This document shows positions 47,534 through 56,940 of a DNA stretch of 64,000 nt, piece after piece; within the stretch, counting starts at the first letter, position 1, and each line of letters starts with the position of its first letter. The notes under the pieces are model-generated. The model saw only the letters and a program-made list of their open reading frames with translations, had not been told where the DNA came from and did not search any database. Where the stretch lies: the IMG/VR virus record IMGVR_UViG_3300025655_000017. The stretch is one strand, 5' to 3'. The stretch is from a virus. The translations under genes and the position numbers were made by a program.

Positions 47534-47968
47534 ATGAAATTTATAGCAGATGATATAAAAGAGGATGGGTTATCCCACTTTGAACTTCGTAAGAAGTTAG
47601 AGCAAATATACCAAGAGGGAAATTTTAATAGCTCTAGTTTTTTCTTTAAATTACGAGAATTGGGTTACGAAATTATTCAACCTTTTGAATTTAAATTTAC
47701 CCCAGCAAAAACATATACTTTATTATGTCCACATTCTTTTCCATGTTCATGGGGTGACTTTTATTTTGAAAAACCTGATATGCCTACTATAACGATTAGT
47801 GGAGGAGAGCTAGAAGAAACAGGTGAATGGGATTATGTTAATTCTACAATGAACAGTATTTTTTATGATATTTTCACAACAGAAAATGAAATAACGGAAG
47901 AATTAACAATTAAACTCATAAAAAAATATTTAGGAATTACGGTTGAAATAAAACAAATTAATAATTAA
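47534..47968 (+). CDS. Hypothetical protein
   Basis: ATG at 47534 follows the promoter box at 47509. Confidence 0.65.
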   Translation: MKFIADDIKEDGLSHFELRKKLEQIYQEGNFNSSSFFFKLRELGYEIIQPFEFKFTPAKTYTLLCPHSFPCSWGDFYFEKPDMPTITISGGELEETGEWDYVNSTMNSIFYDIFTTENEITEELTIKLIKKYLGITVEIKQINN

Positions 47969-47979
47969 AAAATAAAATT

Positions 47980-48234
47980 ATGGACTGGAAATCAGGAGAA
48001 GAACTATTTCAAGAGTGGATGGTAAAAAATCATCCCTATTTTTATCCATCAGTAAAACTAGCAATGATTTTTTTCATTTTTAGTTTTTTGTGGATGGGTT
48101 ATATGCTGTTATTTTCTCATTGGACATATTACGATGAAGAACTAACAGTATTATCTGGCACTATGATAGTAGTTACTTATATCTATTATAGAGTAATGCT
48201 TGATAAGCATTTAACTAATTTTTTAAAATCATAA
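47980..48234 (+). CDS. Small two-TM membrane protein
   Basis: Hydropathy; a partial paralogue follows at 48247-48360. Confidence 0.65.
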   Translation: MDWKSGEELFQEWMVKNHPYFYPSVKLAMIFFIFSFLWMGYMLLFSHWTYYDEELTVLSGTMIVVTYIYYRVMLDKHLTNFLKS

Positions 48235-48621
48235 AAACATAACGTTATGAATTTAGCTAAAAAAATTTTTGAAAATTGGGTTGAAGAAAACTACCCATAT
48301 TTTTATATTACATGGTTATTATTATTTGTCATAGGACTTATGGGTTCCAACAGTGTTTAAAATATAATGAATATCAAAATGTTTATTATAGGGGGGGAGG
48401 TGATTGGTCAGTTCAATTTAGGATTATAGATGAAAAATTGTATAGTTGGTCACCTCTACATAAATTATTGCATCGACAAATATTAATAGAAGTAACTGAG
48501 GAACAGTGGCGAGAAAGCAATAAAGGATACATTGATTAAAAAAAGATTGAAAAATATTAGGACTTATTAAATATATGTTTTATCTTTGTTCTTTATTAAT
48601 CTTTAAAACAAAAAACAAATT

Positions 48622-48996
48622 ATGAAAACTTTTTATTTTATTTTTGCATTGTTTATTAGTTCCACATTAACTGGTCAAAGTTTTTGCGTAGAAAAAATAA
48701 TAAACCCCATTACTCCGGCACCTTGCTCCATTGAGGGGCATTCAGATACCTATGATGGGTGGTTAGTTCAAGTAGGTGTTTATCGACAATTTGTTCAACC
48801 ACGAGAAGATACTTTTGCTTATTTCTTTATGGATGATGATGGAGGATTTTTCTCTTATTATATAGATAAAAATTATACTGAAGGTCAGGCGAAAGCAGCA
48901 GCAATAATTTACAGAAGTCTAGGCTTTTGTGATGCCATTGCAAAAATTAATCCCGTCAAAGTTTACCTATTTATTGGTAAGGGGCGGCAATTATAA
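48622..48996 (+). CDS. Secreted protein, SPOR-like
   Basis: Signal peptide; VQVGVY..A...RSLGFCDA. Confidence 0.55.
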   Translation: MKTFYFIFALFISSTLTGQSFCVEKIINPITPAPCSIEGHSDTYDGWLVQVGVYRQFVQPREDTFAYFFMDDDGGFFSYYIDKNYTEGQAKAAAIIYRSLGFCDAIAKINPVKVYLFIGKGRQL

Positions 48997-49016
48997 CATT
49001 TTTTAAAAAAGTAAAC

Positions 49017-49484
49017 ATGAAATTTAAAAAATTAATTACTCAGGAATCAATAGAACTTTATTCTTACGTAAAGGACTACATCACTTTACATAATGATACA
49101 GTCATTGGAATTTCAACAGATTCTCTATGCAAGAGTAATAAAATAGTTTACGCCACAGTTGTTGTGCTTTATCGTAAAGGTAAAGGTGGTCACGTGCTTT
49201 ATCGCCGTGAATTCAAAGAACGTAAACTATATGGTAAAGCATCAGGTAAAAACTTTGAAAAACTTTACTATGAAACGATTTTGTCACAACAAGTCGTCGA
49301 AATATTAGAAGATTTTTCTCCATTAATTGATGTTAATTTAGATTTCAATAATGATCCTCTTTATTTTTCAAATAACGTATTGTTAGCCTCTATGGGCTGG
49401 TTTAAAGCAAAAGGTGTAAAGGTTTCTGGTAAACCATGTTGCTATGCTCAAGTAGCAGATGAAGTGGTTAGATGCGTAGGATAA
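49017..49484 (+). CDS. RNase H-like YkuK (DUF458) family protein
   Basis: ISTDS..YATVVV..GKGG..KLYYE..LDFN..AD. Confidence 0.8.
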   Translation: MKFKKLITQESIELYSYVKDYITLHNDTVIGISTDSLCKSNKIVYATVVVLYRKGKGGHVLYRREFKERKLYGKASGKNFEKLYYETILSQQVVEILEDFSPLIDVNLDFNNDPLYFSNNVLLASMGWFKAKGVKVSGKPCCYAQVADEVVRCVG

Positions 49485-49524
49485 AAACAACCCACTACTG
49501 TTTTATTATGGTGGTGGGTTGTTT
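49484..49524 (+). terminator. Intrinsic terminator
   Basis: AAAACAACCCACTAC / GTGGTGGGTTGTTTT. Confidence 0.8.
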
Positions 49525-49588
49525 TATTATTTAAATGTTAAGGGGGAGTAGCTTAAATTCCACTATTTATTAGAAATAGCTATAAAGC

Positions 49589-50137
49589 ATGATAATTTTC
49601 CTTGAATCCAAAAATATAGGTCATAATAATTTAAAATTAACCGGAACTATCCCTAAATATCTTTATCCCTTATTTTATGATTTTGTTAACTATTGTAGAA
49701 ATAAAATAGGTATAGATAATACCACAATAAATTTAAATTTTAAACAAGTTAAAAATAATGAAATAGGGTTTGTTAATTTTTCGAATGTTTTGAATGGGGA
49801 AAATAAAATTATTATAGATAAAAACGCAAGTTATCCCTTTTTATTAAAATACATAGCACATGAATTAACACATATAAAACAAATTATCAATAAAGAATTA
49901 CAAATAAAAGAGGGGTTTTTTATTTGGAATAATGAGAGAAATATTTCCATAGCTGAATATAACATAATTATTAAAAATTATGATTTTGATACTTATAAAA
50001 ATCTAGAATGGGAAAAAGAAGCTTATGATAATCAATATAAGATATTAAATGATTATATTAGTACGGACTCGCTTAAAAACTTAGCTACTCAGGCAACAGA
50101 CCCAACCTTAAAATACATTTTATTAAATGCCTTTTAA
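49589..50137 (+). CDS. Zincin-like metallopeptidase
   Basis: IAHELTHIKQ..WEKEAY. Confidence 0.8.
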   Translation: MIIFLESKNIGHNNLKLTGTIPKYLYPLFYDFVNYCRNKIGIDNTTINLNFKQVKNNEIGFVNFSNVLNGENKIIIDKNASYPFLLKYIAHELTHIKQIINKELQIKEGFFIWNNERNISIAEYNIIIKNYDFDTYKNLEWEKEAYDNQYKILNDYISTDSLKNLATQATDPTLKYILLNAF

Positions 50138-50153
50138 AAAATTTTTATAAAAT

Positions 50154-50420
50154 ATGAATGATATAAATATAAATTGGAACCCCATTGAAACTATCCCCAT
50201 AGATAAGATGGTTATGGCATATTTAATAGGTTTTATTAATGGAGAGTGTGAATTTTCATATAGTTTAGTAGCACTCAACAGTAAGACTTCACAAATAGAA
50301 GTATATACTTCTTTATTCCACAAAAAAGAATTTATTTTTAGTTTAGGGGCACATTATGTAGCATGGGCTGATCTTGATGATGAAACCATGCCATTTAAAT
50401 TAAATAATATTTATAATTAG
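50154..50420 (+). CDS. Hypothetical protein
   Basis: WNPIETIP start motif. Confidence 0.6.
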   Translation: MNDININWNPIETIPIDKMVMAYLIGFINGECEFSYSLVALNSKTSQIEVYTSLFHKKEFIFSLGAHYVAWADLDDETMPFKLNNIYN

Positions 50421-50422
50421 TT

Positions 50423-50743
50423 ATGTCAGAAAGTACGATACAAATAGTAAAATTAAAAAGAGTAGACAAAATTCATAATAATATAAGTGATTATTGCCAC
50501 CCCTTATCATTACTTGAGTTTATTGAAGAAAATCGTGAAACTCATTTTTTACTTAGAATTGAAACGCAAATATATTTCTTTCAAAAAGAAATAATAGATT
50601 TCGAAGTTGATGATTGTAATTATATGATTAGTGGCATGGAAGAAGATGCAGATCATATAATATTTCTGTCATATTATGATGGTGCCACATATGCAGATGA
50701 ATTAATAGAGGAGAGTTTAATGAAATACTATAATGAAAAATAA
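50423..50743 (+). CDS. Hypothetical protein
   Basis: 106-aa ORF. Confidence 0.6.
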   Translation: MSESTIQIVKLKRVDKIHNNISDYCHPLSLLEFIEENRETHFLLRIETQIYFFQKEIIDFEVDDCNYMISGMEEDADHIIFLSYYDGATYADELIEESLMKYYNEK

Positions 50744-50745
50744 AT

Positions 50746-51561
50746 ATGTATATTTTTTTTGAGGGAAGTGATAATAACAGTGTGGGGTATCATGGATCAA
50801 AGCGAGATTCCCTTATTTTTTATGATAGAAATGAACATGTAGATTACAATTTGTTAGGATACGGATTATATCTCACATCTTCAAAAAAAGAGGCATCACA
50901 TTATTCTAAAGTAAAAGGTAATGAAGTAGGATATGTTTATAAAGTATTAATAAGCGGTAATATTGTTAATTGGTTAGATATTGTGCAGGAGAAAGAAAAA
51001 ATCATAAAGTCTGATTCATCTTTTTATAACTATTTCATGGAAGATAATAAATATAATTTTGAAGATGGTATTTATGAAATTGATTTAAATAATTATTTAG
51101 AGTGGGATTTTTTAGAAAATGACCTGCCAGATTGGGCTAAAGATGATAACGGTAAACCGGGATATTTTATAAGTGGAAAAATAAATGGTCAAGAGATAAA
51201 TCAAGAATATGGATACTCTGAAAAAGAAATAAATGAAAAAATAAAAATGTTTATTAACGGATTAAATATAAAAGATACTATGGCTGAAATTAATATAGGC
51301 AATCAATATTTTTACGGCAATAAAATAAAAAAAATAAATACCAATACTGTTTTTGCTTCTTACCACAATCTTTATACTTATCTTTATCTCAGGTTTAATA
51401 CTACTAAAAAAGTATCCGAATATTTTGTTAAAATGGGAATAGATGGAGTAAGATATAAACAGGATACAATAGATTATGATGAAATGTCAAATGATAAACC
51501 TATAGTAACAGTAATTTATAATCCTAAAATGATAAAGGTATTAGATAAACTTTCAGTATAA
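50746..51561 (+). CDS. ADP-ribosyltransferase-fold protein (PolyVal-ART-like)
   Basis: YHGS, GYGLYLT...A..Y, GIDGV..VIYNP. Confidence 0.65.
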   Translation: MYIFFEGSDNNSVGYHGSKRDSLIFYDRNEHVDYNLLGYGLYLTSSKKEASHYSKVKGNEVGYVYKVLISGNIVNWLDIVQEKEKIIKSDSSFYNYFMEDNKYNFEDGIYEIDLNNYLEWDFLENDLPDWAKDDNGKPGYFISGKINGQEINQEYGYSEKEINEKIKMFINGLNIKDTMAEINIGNQYFYGNKIKKINTNTVFASYHNLYTYLYLRFNTTKKVSEYFVKMGIDGVRYKQDTIDYDEMSNDKPIVTVIYNPKMIKVLDKLSV

Positions 51562-52026
51562 ATGATTCAACAGAAAAAGAAGATTTGCAAGGATTGTAAT
51601 ACCGAACAATATGTTTTTTCACATGGTCGGTGTAAGAATTGTGCCTATATTTTTAAGTTAAATGGTCAGGTTGAAATAGAGCAGCCTATAATTCTTCCAA
51701 TTGAATTAATGGAAAAACTAACAAAAATAAAACAAGTTAGTAAGACTAATACTTATCAAGACAGTAAAGGAAAAAGATGGACAAGTCAAGAAATTGAGTT
51801 AAAAGTAAATAAGGCAAAAGCACAAAAAATAGATTCTTTCTTAAATGAGTATGGTTATATTTTTTGTGAAGATTGTAAAACCTCTAATGCATTTAAGTTT
51901 GATTGTTCACATGAAATAAGTGTTAAACAAGCAAAAGAAATTGGCCAAGTTGAATTAGCTTGGGATATTGATAATATAAAATTACGATGTAGGCCATGTC
52001 ATCAAGAGCATGACAATTTGGCATAG
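51562..52026 (+). CDS. Zinc-binding HNH-like nuclease
   Basis: CKDC..CKNC; CEDC..DCSH..NIKLRCRPCH. Confidence 0.7.
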   Translation: MIQQKKKICKDCNTEQYVFSHGRCKNCAYIFKLNGQVEIEQPIILPIELMEKLTKIKQVSKTNTYQDSKGKRWTSQEIELKVNKAKAQKIDSFLNEYGYIFCEDCKTSNAFKFDCSHEISVKQAKEIGQVELAWDIDNIKLRCRPCHQEHDNLA

Positions 52027-52113
52027 TAAATGAATATATTAATGACAAAGTGACAATTTAAATGGGTTGGCACATTAATTGAATAAGAACAATAAAAAAC
52101 TAAAACAAATATT

Positions 52114-52482
52114 ATGGAAGATTTTGAAAAAATGTTAGAGCAACTTTTTAAAGGTTCAGGTTTTTATCCGGTTAATTTTAAGGTAATTTATACTGGGGGT
52201 AATGATCCTTCATATAAATCTGATTTTAATAACGGGGTTAAAAAAGAAAAAACTTTGGGTGATCTTTTAAAGGAAAAAGAACATGATCTTAATTTGGCTG
52301 AAAAAGAAGAGCGATATGAAGATTGTGCTAAAATCCAAAATGAAATTACTGATTTAAGGGAAAATTATGAAGTCAGGAATGAAAAACGAATTACTCTTAG
52401 AGATAAGATAAACTTAGCAGTCAAAGAAAAACGCTATATGGATGCTGCCAAGTTTAAGAAAGAGTTAGAAGAACTTGTATAA
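52114..52482 (+). CDS. UVR (UvrB/UvrC motif) domain protein
   Basis: AEKEERYEDCAKIQNEI and AVKEKRYMDAAKFKKEL. Confidence 0.8.
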   Translation: MEDFEKMLEQLFKGSGFYPVNFKVIYTGGNDPSYKSDFNNGVKKEKTLGDLLKEKEHDLNLAEKEERYEDCAKIQNEITDLRENYEVRNEKRITLRDKINLAVKEKRYMDAAKFKKELEELV

Positions 52483-52521
52483 AAAAAAGGGGTTATGGAT
52501 TAATTTTCATAACCTCTTTTT
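52481..52521 (+). terminator. Intrinsic terminator
   Basis: AAAAAAGGGGTTATG / CATAACCTCTTTTTT. Confidence 0.75.
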
Positions 52522-52554
52522 TATTTATTTTGATATTTATATAAAAACAAAGCT

Positions 52555-52854
52555 ATGCCTTGTAAAATAGAAGCAATTGCTGCTGCTCAACGTGCAGCTA
52601 TATTAAATCAAAACATATATAGTGCAGATAATGTTTATGGCCCATCACATCCTAATGCAAATCAGGAAGTAGGTTCTGATGATCCTCTTAACAAAAAGGG
52701 ACGTGGAACAGGGGGAACTTTTGACACCTCTTTTAATGCTGGTAATTATACTGATAAGTTTGGTAGACCAGAAGTTTATAACAGTGGAAGACAAGCAGTT
52801 TATACCAATTTTTATAACCCTAATAATTCTTACGATACATTTGAATGCGTTTAA
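52555..52854 (+). CDS. Hypothetical virion protein
   Basis: G/N/P-rich; TATTTATA upstream. Confidence 0.6.
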   Translation: MPCKIEAIAAAQRAAILNQNIYSADNVYGPSHPNANQEVGSDDPLNKKGRGTGGTFDTSFNAGNYTDKFGRPEVYNSGRQAVYTNFYNPNNSYDTFECV

Positions 52855-53195
52855 TAACTGAGGTCAAACGAATAATTACAGAGGCTGTAAAATTAACTGA
52901 TTTAAAAGATGCTATTTTAAGTCAAAAAGTTATTCAATTTAACTATGAGGGTAAGGAGGGTATAAGGAAAGTTGAACCAGTTTTAATAGGTAAAACTAAA
53001 AAAAATAATACTGCTATTAGAGCTTATCAAATTAATGGTGCTACTTCCACTCAAAATAATGAATGGAAGATTTTCTTGACCGATAAAATGTCTAATTTAA
53101 AAGTATTAGAATTAGATCAGGCAGAAAATAGACCTGAGTATAACCCCAACGGTGATGCAGAATTTAGAAAAATAGTTATACAGCGACCAACCTAA
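52845..53195 (+). CDS. Stand-alone WYL-domain protein
   Basis: FNY....RKVEP..IG......IRAYQ..WKIF..DKM. Confidence 0.75.
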   Translation: MRLITEVKRIITEAVKLTDLKDAILSQKVIQFNYEGKEGIRKVEPVLIGKTKKNNTAIRAYQINGATSTQNNEWKIFLTDKMSNLKVLELDQAENRPEYNPNGDAEFRKIVIQRPT

Positions 53196-53200
53196 TAATA

Positions 53201-53653
53201 ATGAATTTTTTAGCAAGTGGCAAATTAATAGAATTAGTGTTAGCTTTAAGAATTTACAATCTTAAGTTTAATACAATCTATCGTCCAATATCTAAAATTA
53301 AAGACTCATATTATGAAATTGGTAATGAAAAAATGATTGTTATTACAGACAACATTAATGAAGCATTTACAGCTAATATTTTAAAAGGGGAAACTACTGA
53401 CTATATAAATAAAATCATAGATGTTTTTTCCTTTAGGGGGAAATATTATATCATACAAAATCATGTGGTTAACTGGTGTCCAGTAACTAATCCTGAGATA
53501 ATAAGTAATTTACAAAAGGAGTGTTTACGTTATAATGTCCCCCTTATAAATTACGATGAAAAAAAATTTGGCAATAATGGTTCACTGAAACACCATTATT
53601 GCCAAATGGAATCTTTTAACCCAATGTCACAAAATATCCCTATCTTTAAATAA
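53201..53653 (+). CDS. Hypothetical protein (degenerate kinase-like fold possible)
   Basis: 150-aa ORF. Confidence 0.55.
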   Translation: MNFLASGKLIELVLALRIYNLKFNTIYRPISKIKDSYYEIGNEKMIVITDNINEAFTANILKGETTDYINKIIDVFSFRGKYYIIQNHVVNWCPVTNPEIISNLQKECLRYNVPLINYDEKKFGNNGSLKHHYCQMESFNPMSQNIPIFK

Positions 53654-54764
53654 GATTGTAAATGTCCAATCTTTGTTTTCCAGTTTTTTTATAATCAAAG
53701 TGTTCGCTGCAATACTCATATAGTCTTTCTCCCATATCTTCCCGAAGTTCTTTTTCATTTTGCAGCATTTTAAGCGACTTTATGAAGTCCCGGTGCGCTT
53801 TGCTATTATCTACTATAAAGCCTCCACCACAAGCCTTTAAAACTGCACTATACTGGGGTAAATCGGAAGCTACAACAGGAATTTTATGTAAAGCACTTTC
53901 AATTAGTTTCAACTCAGATTTATATTTATTAAATGCATTATTGACAAGAGGTACGATAAACACATCAAATTGATTCATGATTTTTAAATATGCTCTAATG
54001 TCCATAGACCACAATCTTCTGTAGTTTTGTTCATCGACTTTTAGATATTCATTTTGTTTGTTGTATCCCATTAAATAATTCTTATAGGCTGGATCAACTA
54101 AATTATAATTATTTGTGATTATGTGTTCATATTCACTCCAAACTCCATTATTATTTATTGTGACTCCACCATTAGGATTTATTTGTCTATTATCAAATCC
54201 AGCTAAAATAAACTGTATATTTTTCATTTTACTAAGTATGCCGATCTTTGACATAAGCTTCATATCATCTACGTGAGAGCTACTACCAGCCCAACCTATG
54301 GTAAACTTATTATTCTCTAATTCGCTAACATGCTTAGATTCATATTCATAATTTAGAGAATTAGGTACAATAAATATATTATTATTATATTTCTTTAATG
54401 CTTTATATATTTGTTCAGTAGAACAAATAACTGCTGTTACCTTCCCCACATAATTAAATAAAGTTTCAGTAGTTTTATTAAATTTGTTATATTGGTATAG
54501 ATAGTGTGTCATGGGTACTTCCCAAAAATCATCTATATCCAAGATAATTTTTTTACCGCTGGTGAGGGTATTATCAATGAAATTTCTTATTGCTGGATTT
54601 TGTAAAGAAGAAAAATGTAAAAAGAATTTTTCTTGGTCTGAATTTATAGCATCTTCTACACCACCAAACTCTATATCATAATCTAAATTTTCATATAGGA
54701 AAATATGCGGGTCTTGTATTCTATATTTCTGTATCCCTCCACTAACATTATCGAAAATAAACAT
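53646..54764 (-). CDS. Glycosyltransferase (GT-B, GT4-like)
   Basis: DIDD, IGWAGSSSH, FNKYKSELKLIE, PVVASD. Confidence 0.88.
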   Translation of the reverse strand: MFIFDNVSGGIQKYRIQDPHIFLYENLDYDIEFGGVEDAINSDQEKFFLHFSSLQNPAIRNFIDNTLTSGKKIILDIDDFWEVPMTHYLYQYNKFNKTTETLFNYVGKVTAVICSTEQIYKALKKYNNNIFIVPNSLNYEYESKHVSELENNKFTIGWAGSSSHVDDMKLMSKIGILSKMKNIQFILAGFDNRQINPNGGVTINNNGVWSEYEHIITNNYNLVDPAYKNYLMGYNKQNEYLKVDEQNYRRLWSMDIRAYLKIMNQFDVFIVPLVNNAFNKYKSELKLIESALHKIPVVASDLPQYSAVLKACGGGFIVDNSKAHRDFIKSLKMLQNEKELREDMGERLYEYCSEHFDYKKTGKQRLDIYNLI

Positions 54765-54772
54765 ATATATTA

Positions 54773-55369
54773 TTATTTAATTTTAAAATCATTAAAACTT
54801 CCTAAGACTTCTCTATACTCATAGAAATCAGGAATATTTGTATCTTCACACTTATCATTTATTTTATAAAAAAAATCATATAAATCTTGAGTGTATACTA
54901 TTGATTTAGGGGTATCAATAGTATTTACAACCATTTTTTTTGATGTATACAATAACTTAGAAAAAACATCAAGACTGATTTTATGGTCTATTTTTTCTAA
55001 AATGATTAAGTCATAAAAATTCTCTTCAAGATTTATTTTTATTGAGGAACCATTATAATGGATAAATGTAATTTTAGATGTCTGATCAATAAAACATCTT
55101 TCGGTTGGATCATAGTTTACATCGTAAGACCAATCATTTTCTTTTGAATATTCTTTTAATAAATCTAAAGAATAAAGAATATTTATAATCGAATTAGATA
55201 TAACCAATATGTTTGTCCAATCCCCCCACACAGAATTATCCACAATTATGGGTGAAAAGTGCTCTAGGAATTGGTAATTAACAGATGTGCCGAAAATTAA
55301 CAAATCTTCCTGATTAATAGTATCAAGAAGATTTGTTAATTCCACCGCCTTTTTATGACTATAATCCAC
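54773..55369 (-). CDS. Hypothetical protein
   Basis: 198-aa ORF. Confidence 0.6.
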   Translation of the reverse strand: MDYSHKKAVELTNLLDTINQEDLLIFGTSVNYQFLEHFSPIIVDNSVWGDWTNILVISNSIINILYSLDLLKEYSKENDWSYDVNYDPTERCFIDQTSKITFIHYNGSSIKINLEENFYDLIILEKIDHKISLDVFSKLLYTSKKMVVNTIDTPKSIVYTQDLYDFFYKINDKCEDTNIPDFYEYREVLGSFNDFKIK

Positions 55370-55408
55370 ATTTAACGTTTTCTATGTTAAATATAAAATT
55401 ATATTTTT

Positions 55409-56152
55409 TTAATTAAAGTTATATCCCTGTACAATTCGCATGATTTTTTTATCATATGGATAAGCAGCATTTTTGTTGGCATATCCAGCATCATAAATTG
55501 CGTAGGCTAATTTTTCAGCATCATTTAAATTAAAGTTAAACTTACCCTTATAGTTAGGGTGATCAGAATTGATTCTATCATATATAAATCTAACCCCAGC
55601 CTCTAAACCCGCACTTTTACTTTTAAATGCATAGAAAGAACATTTTTCATCACCACAGTCATCTTTATACATGACTGGTGCTTTTGTATTAGCATTTATG
55701 AACGCTAAAAAATCTGCGCTGTAGTAACTCCCCGTTTTTTCTTTCAAATTCAAAAAGTTATAATATTTTGCAGCTAATGTGCCCAATCTTTCTTCTTTTG
55801 CATTGATATTTTCAATGACTATCATCCCAGTTATTACAGAACTATTCAAATTACCATATTTTTTACATAACGTTTTGATAATAGGATGTAATTCGTTAAT
55901 AACATTTTGTATATATTCAGATTTAGCATACTGAGTTATATTGGCATACCTCTCAGAAAGATTAAATCCTTTGCTACGAATAACTGTTTTTTCGACTGCT
56001 AGTGGTTTGTTTAACATCTGAACTATATGTTCATTTGTCACATTATAGTTTACAATATCAACACATTCAATATTCTGTGTACTAGTGGTGAATATTATTA
56101 CTAATAATAAAAGGTTTAACCCAAAGATTCTTTTTTGTATAATTTGTTTCAT
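55409..56152 (-). CDS. GH73/glucosaminidase-like peptidoglycan hydrolase with N-terminal TM segment
   Basis: IE..LAAKYYNFLNLK..FYAF..AGYA..Y..KI. Confidence 0.65.
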   Translation of the reverse strand: MKQIIQKRIFGLNLLLLVIIFTTSTQNIECVDIVNYNVTNEHIVQMLNKPLAVEKTVIRSKGFNLSERYANITQYAKSEYIQNVINELHPIIKTLCKKYGNLNSSVITGMIVIENINAKEERLGTLAAKYYNFLNLKEKTGSYYSADFLAFINANTKAPVMYKDDCGDEKCSFYAFKSKSAGLEAGVRFIYDRINSDHPNYKGKFNFNLNDAEKLAYAIYDAGYANKNAAYPYDKKIMRIVQGYNFN

Positions 56153-56226
56153 GTTAAATATAATTTTTTCATATATCTTTTAAATATAATAAATAAATAT
56201 GAAAAAGATACATAAAAAGAACACAA

Positions 56227-56940
56227 TTATACAAAAATATTAATTATTTGTTGTTTTTCGAATAAAATATCATCAAAAATAGTATTTTCTCCATCTTTTA
56301 TTATTAATCTTTGTCTGCTGGGCAAATAAAATGCACTATAATTGCAATTTTCTTTTAGACATTTATCTGATATAATATACCCATTGTTGGTTTTACTTAA
56401 AATAAAAAACTCATCAAGTAATGACAAGCAATTAAGTGGAGCTTCTAATACTTCACACAATTTGATTTCTAAATTCATACAATCTTCTTTAAATTTAAAA
56501 CCGGAAGATGATGGATCAAGTTCACCAGCTAAAAAATATTTACCATGTGTCATAAAATCTTTTTTAGAGATTTTACCACATATCCAAGCGGTAGTCATGT
56601 CTTTTAATATCCTAACAAAATAATACTGATCACATTTTTGATGCAAGCTATGAATTGAAATGCTATTATAATAATGTAACTGGGGTATTCCAGAAACCTT
56701 TTTAGTTTTAACATCTATTTTCACACCATTAATAAGTAAGTCAGCATCTTTTGTTCCAATATAATTATCTGTTTCGTTTAGACCCAAAAAATCTAAAACA
56801 ATAATTTCACCAAGGGCACCATATATTTGTGACTTACCCTCTGTGAAACTATTTTTTATTTTAGAAAAATTATAAAGTTTTTTAGAACGTTTTATTTGTT
56901 CGGGGGTTATTTTTACTTCTGTAATTATTCTGCTAGACAT
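56227..56940 (-). CDS. PD-(D/E)XK nuclease-like protein
   Basis: GALGE..ADL...KIDVKT. Confidence 0.6.
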   Translation of the reverse strand: MSSRIITEVKITPEQIKRSKKLYNFSKIKNSFTEGKSQIYGALGEIIVLDFLGLNETDNYIGTKDADLLINGVKIDVKTKKVSGIPQLHYYNSISIHSLHQKCDQYYFVRILKDMTTAWICGKISKKDFMTHGKYFLAGELDPSSSGFKFKEDCMNLEIKLCEVLEAPLNCLSLLDEFFILSKTNNGYIISDKCLKENCNYSAFYLPSRQRLIIKDGENTIFDDILFEKQQIINIFV

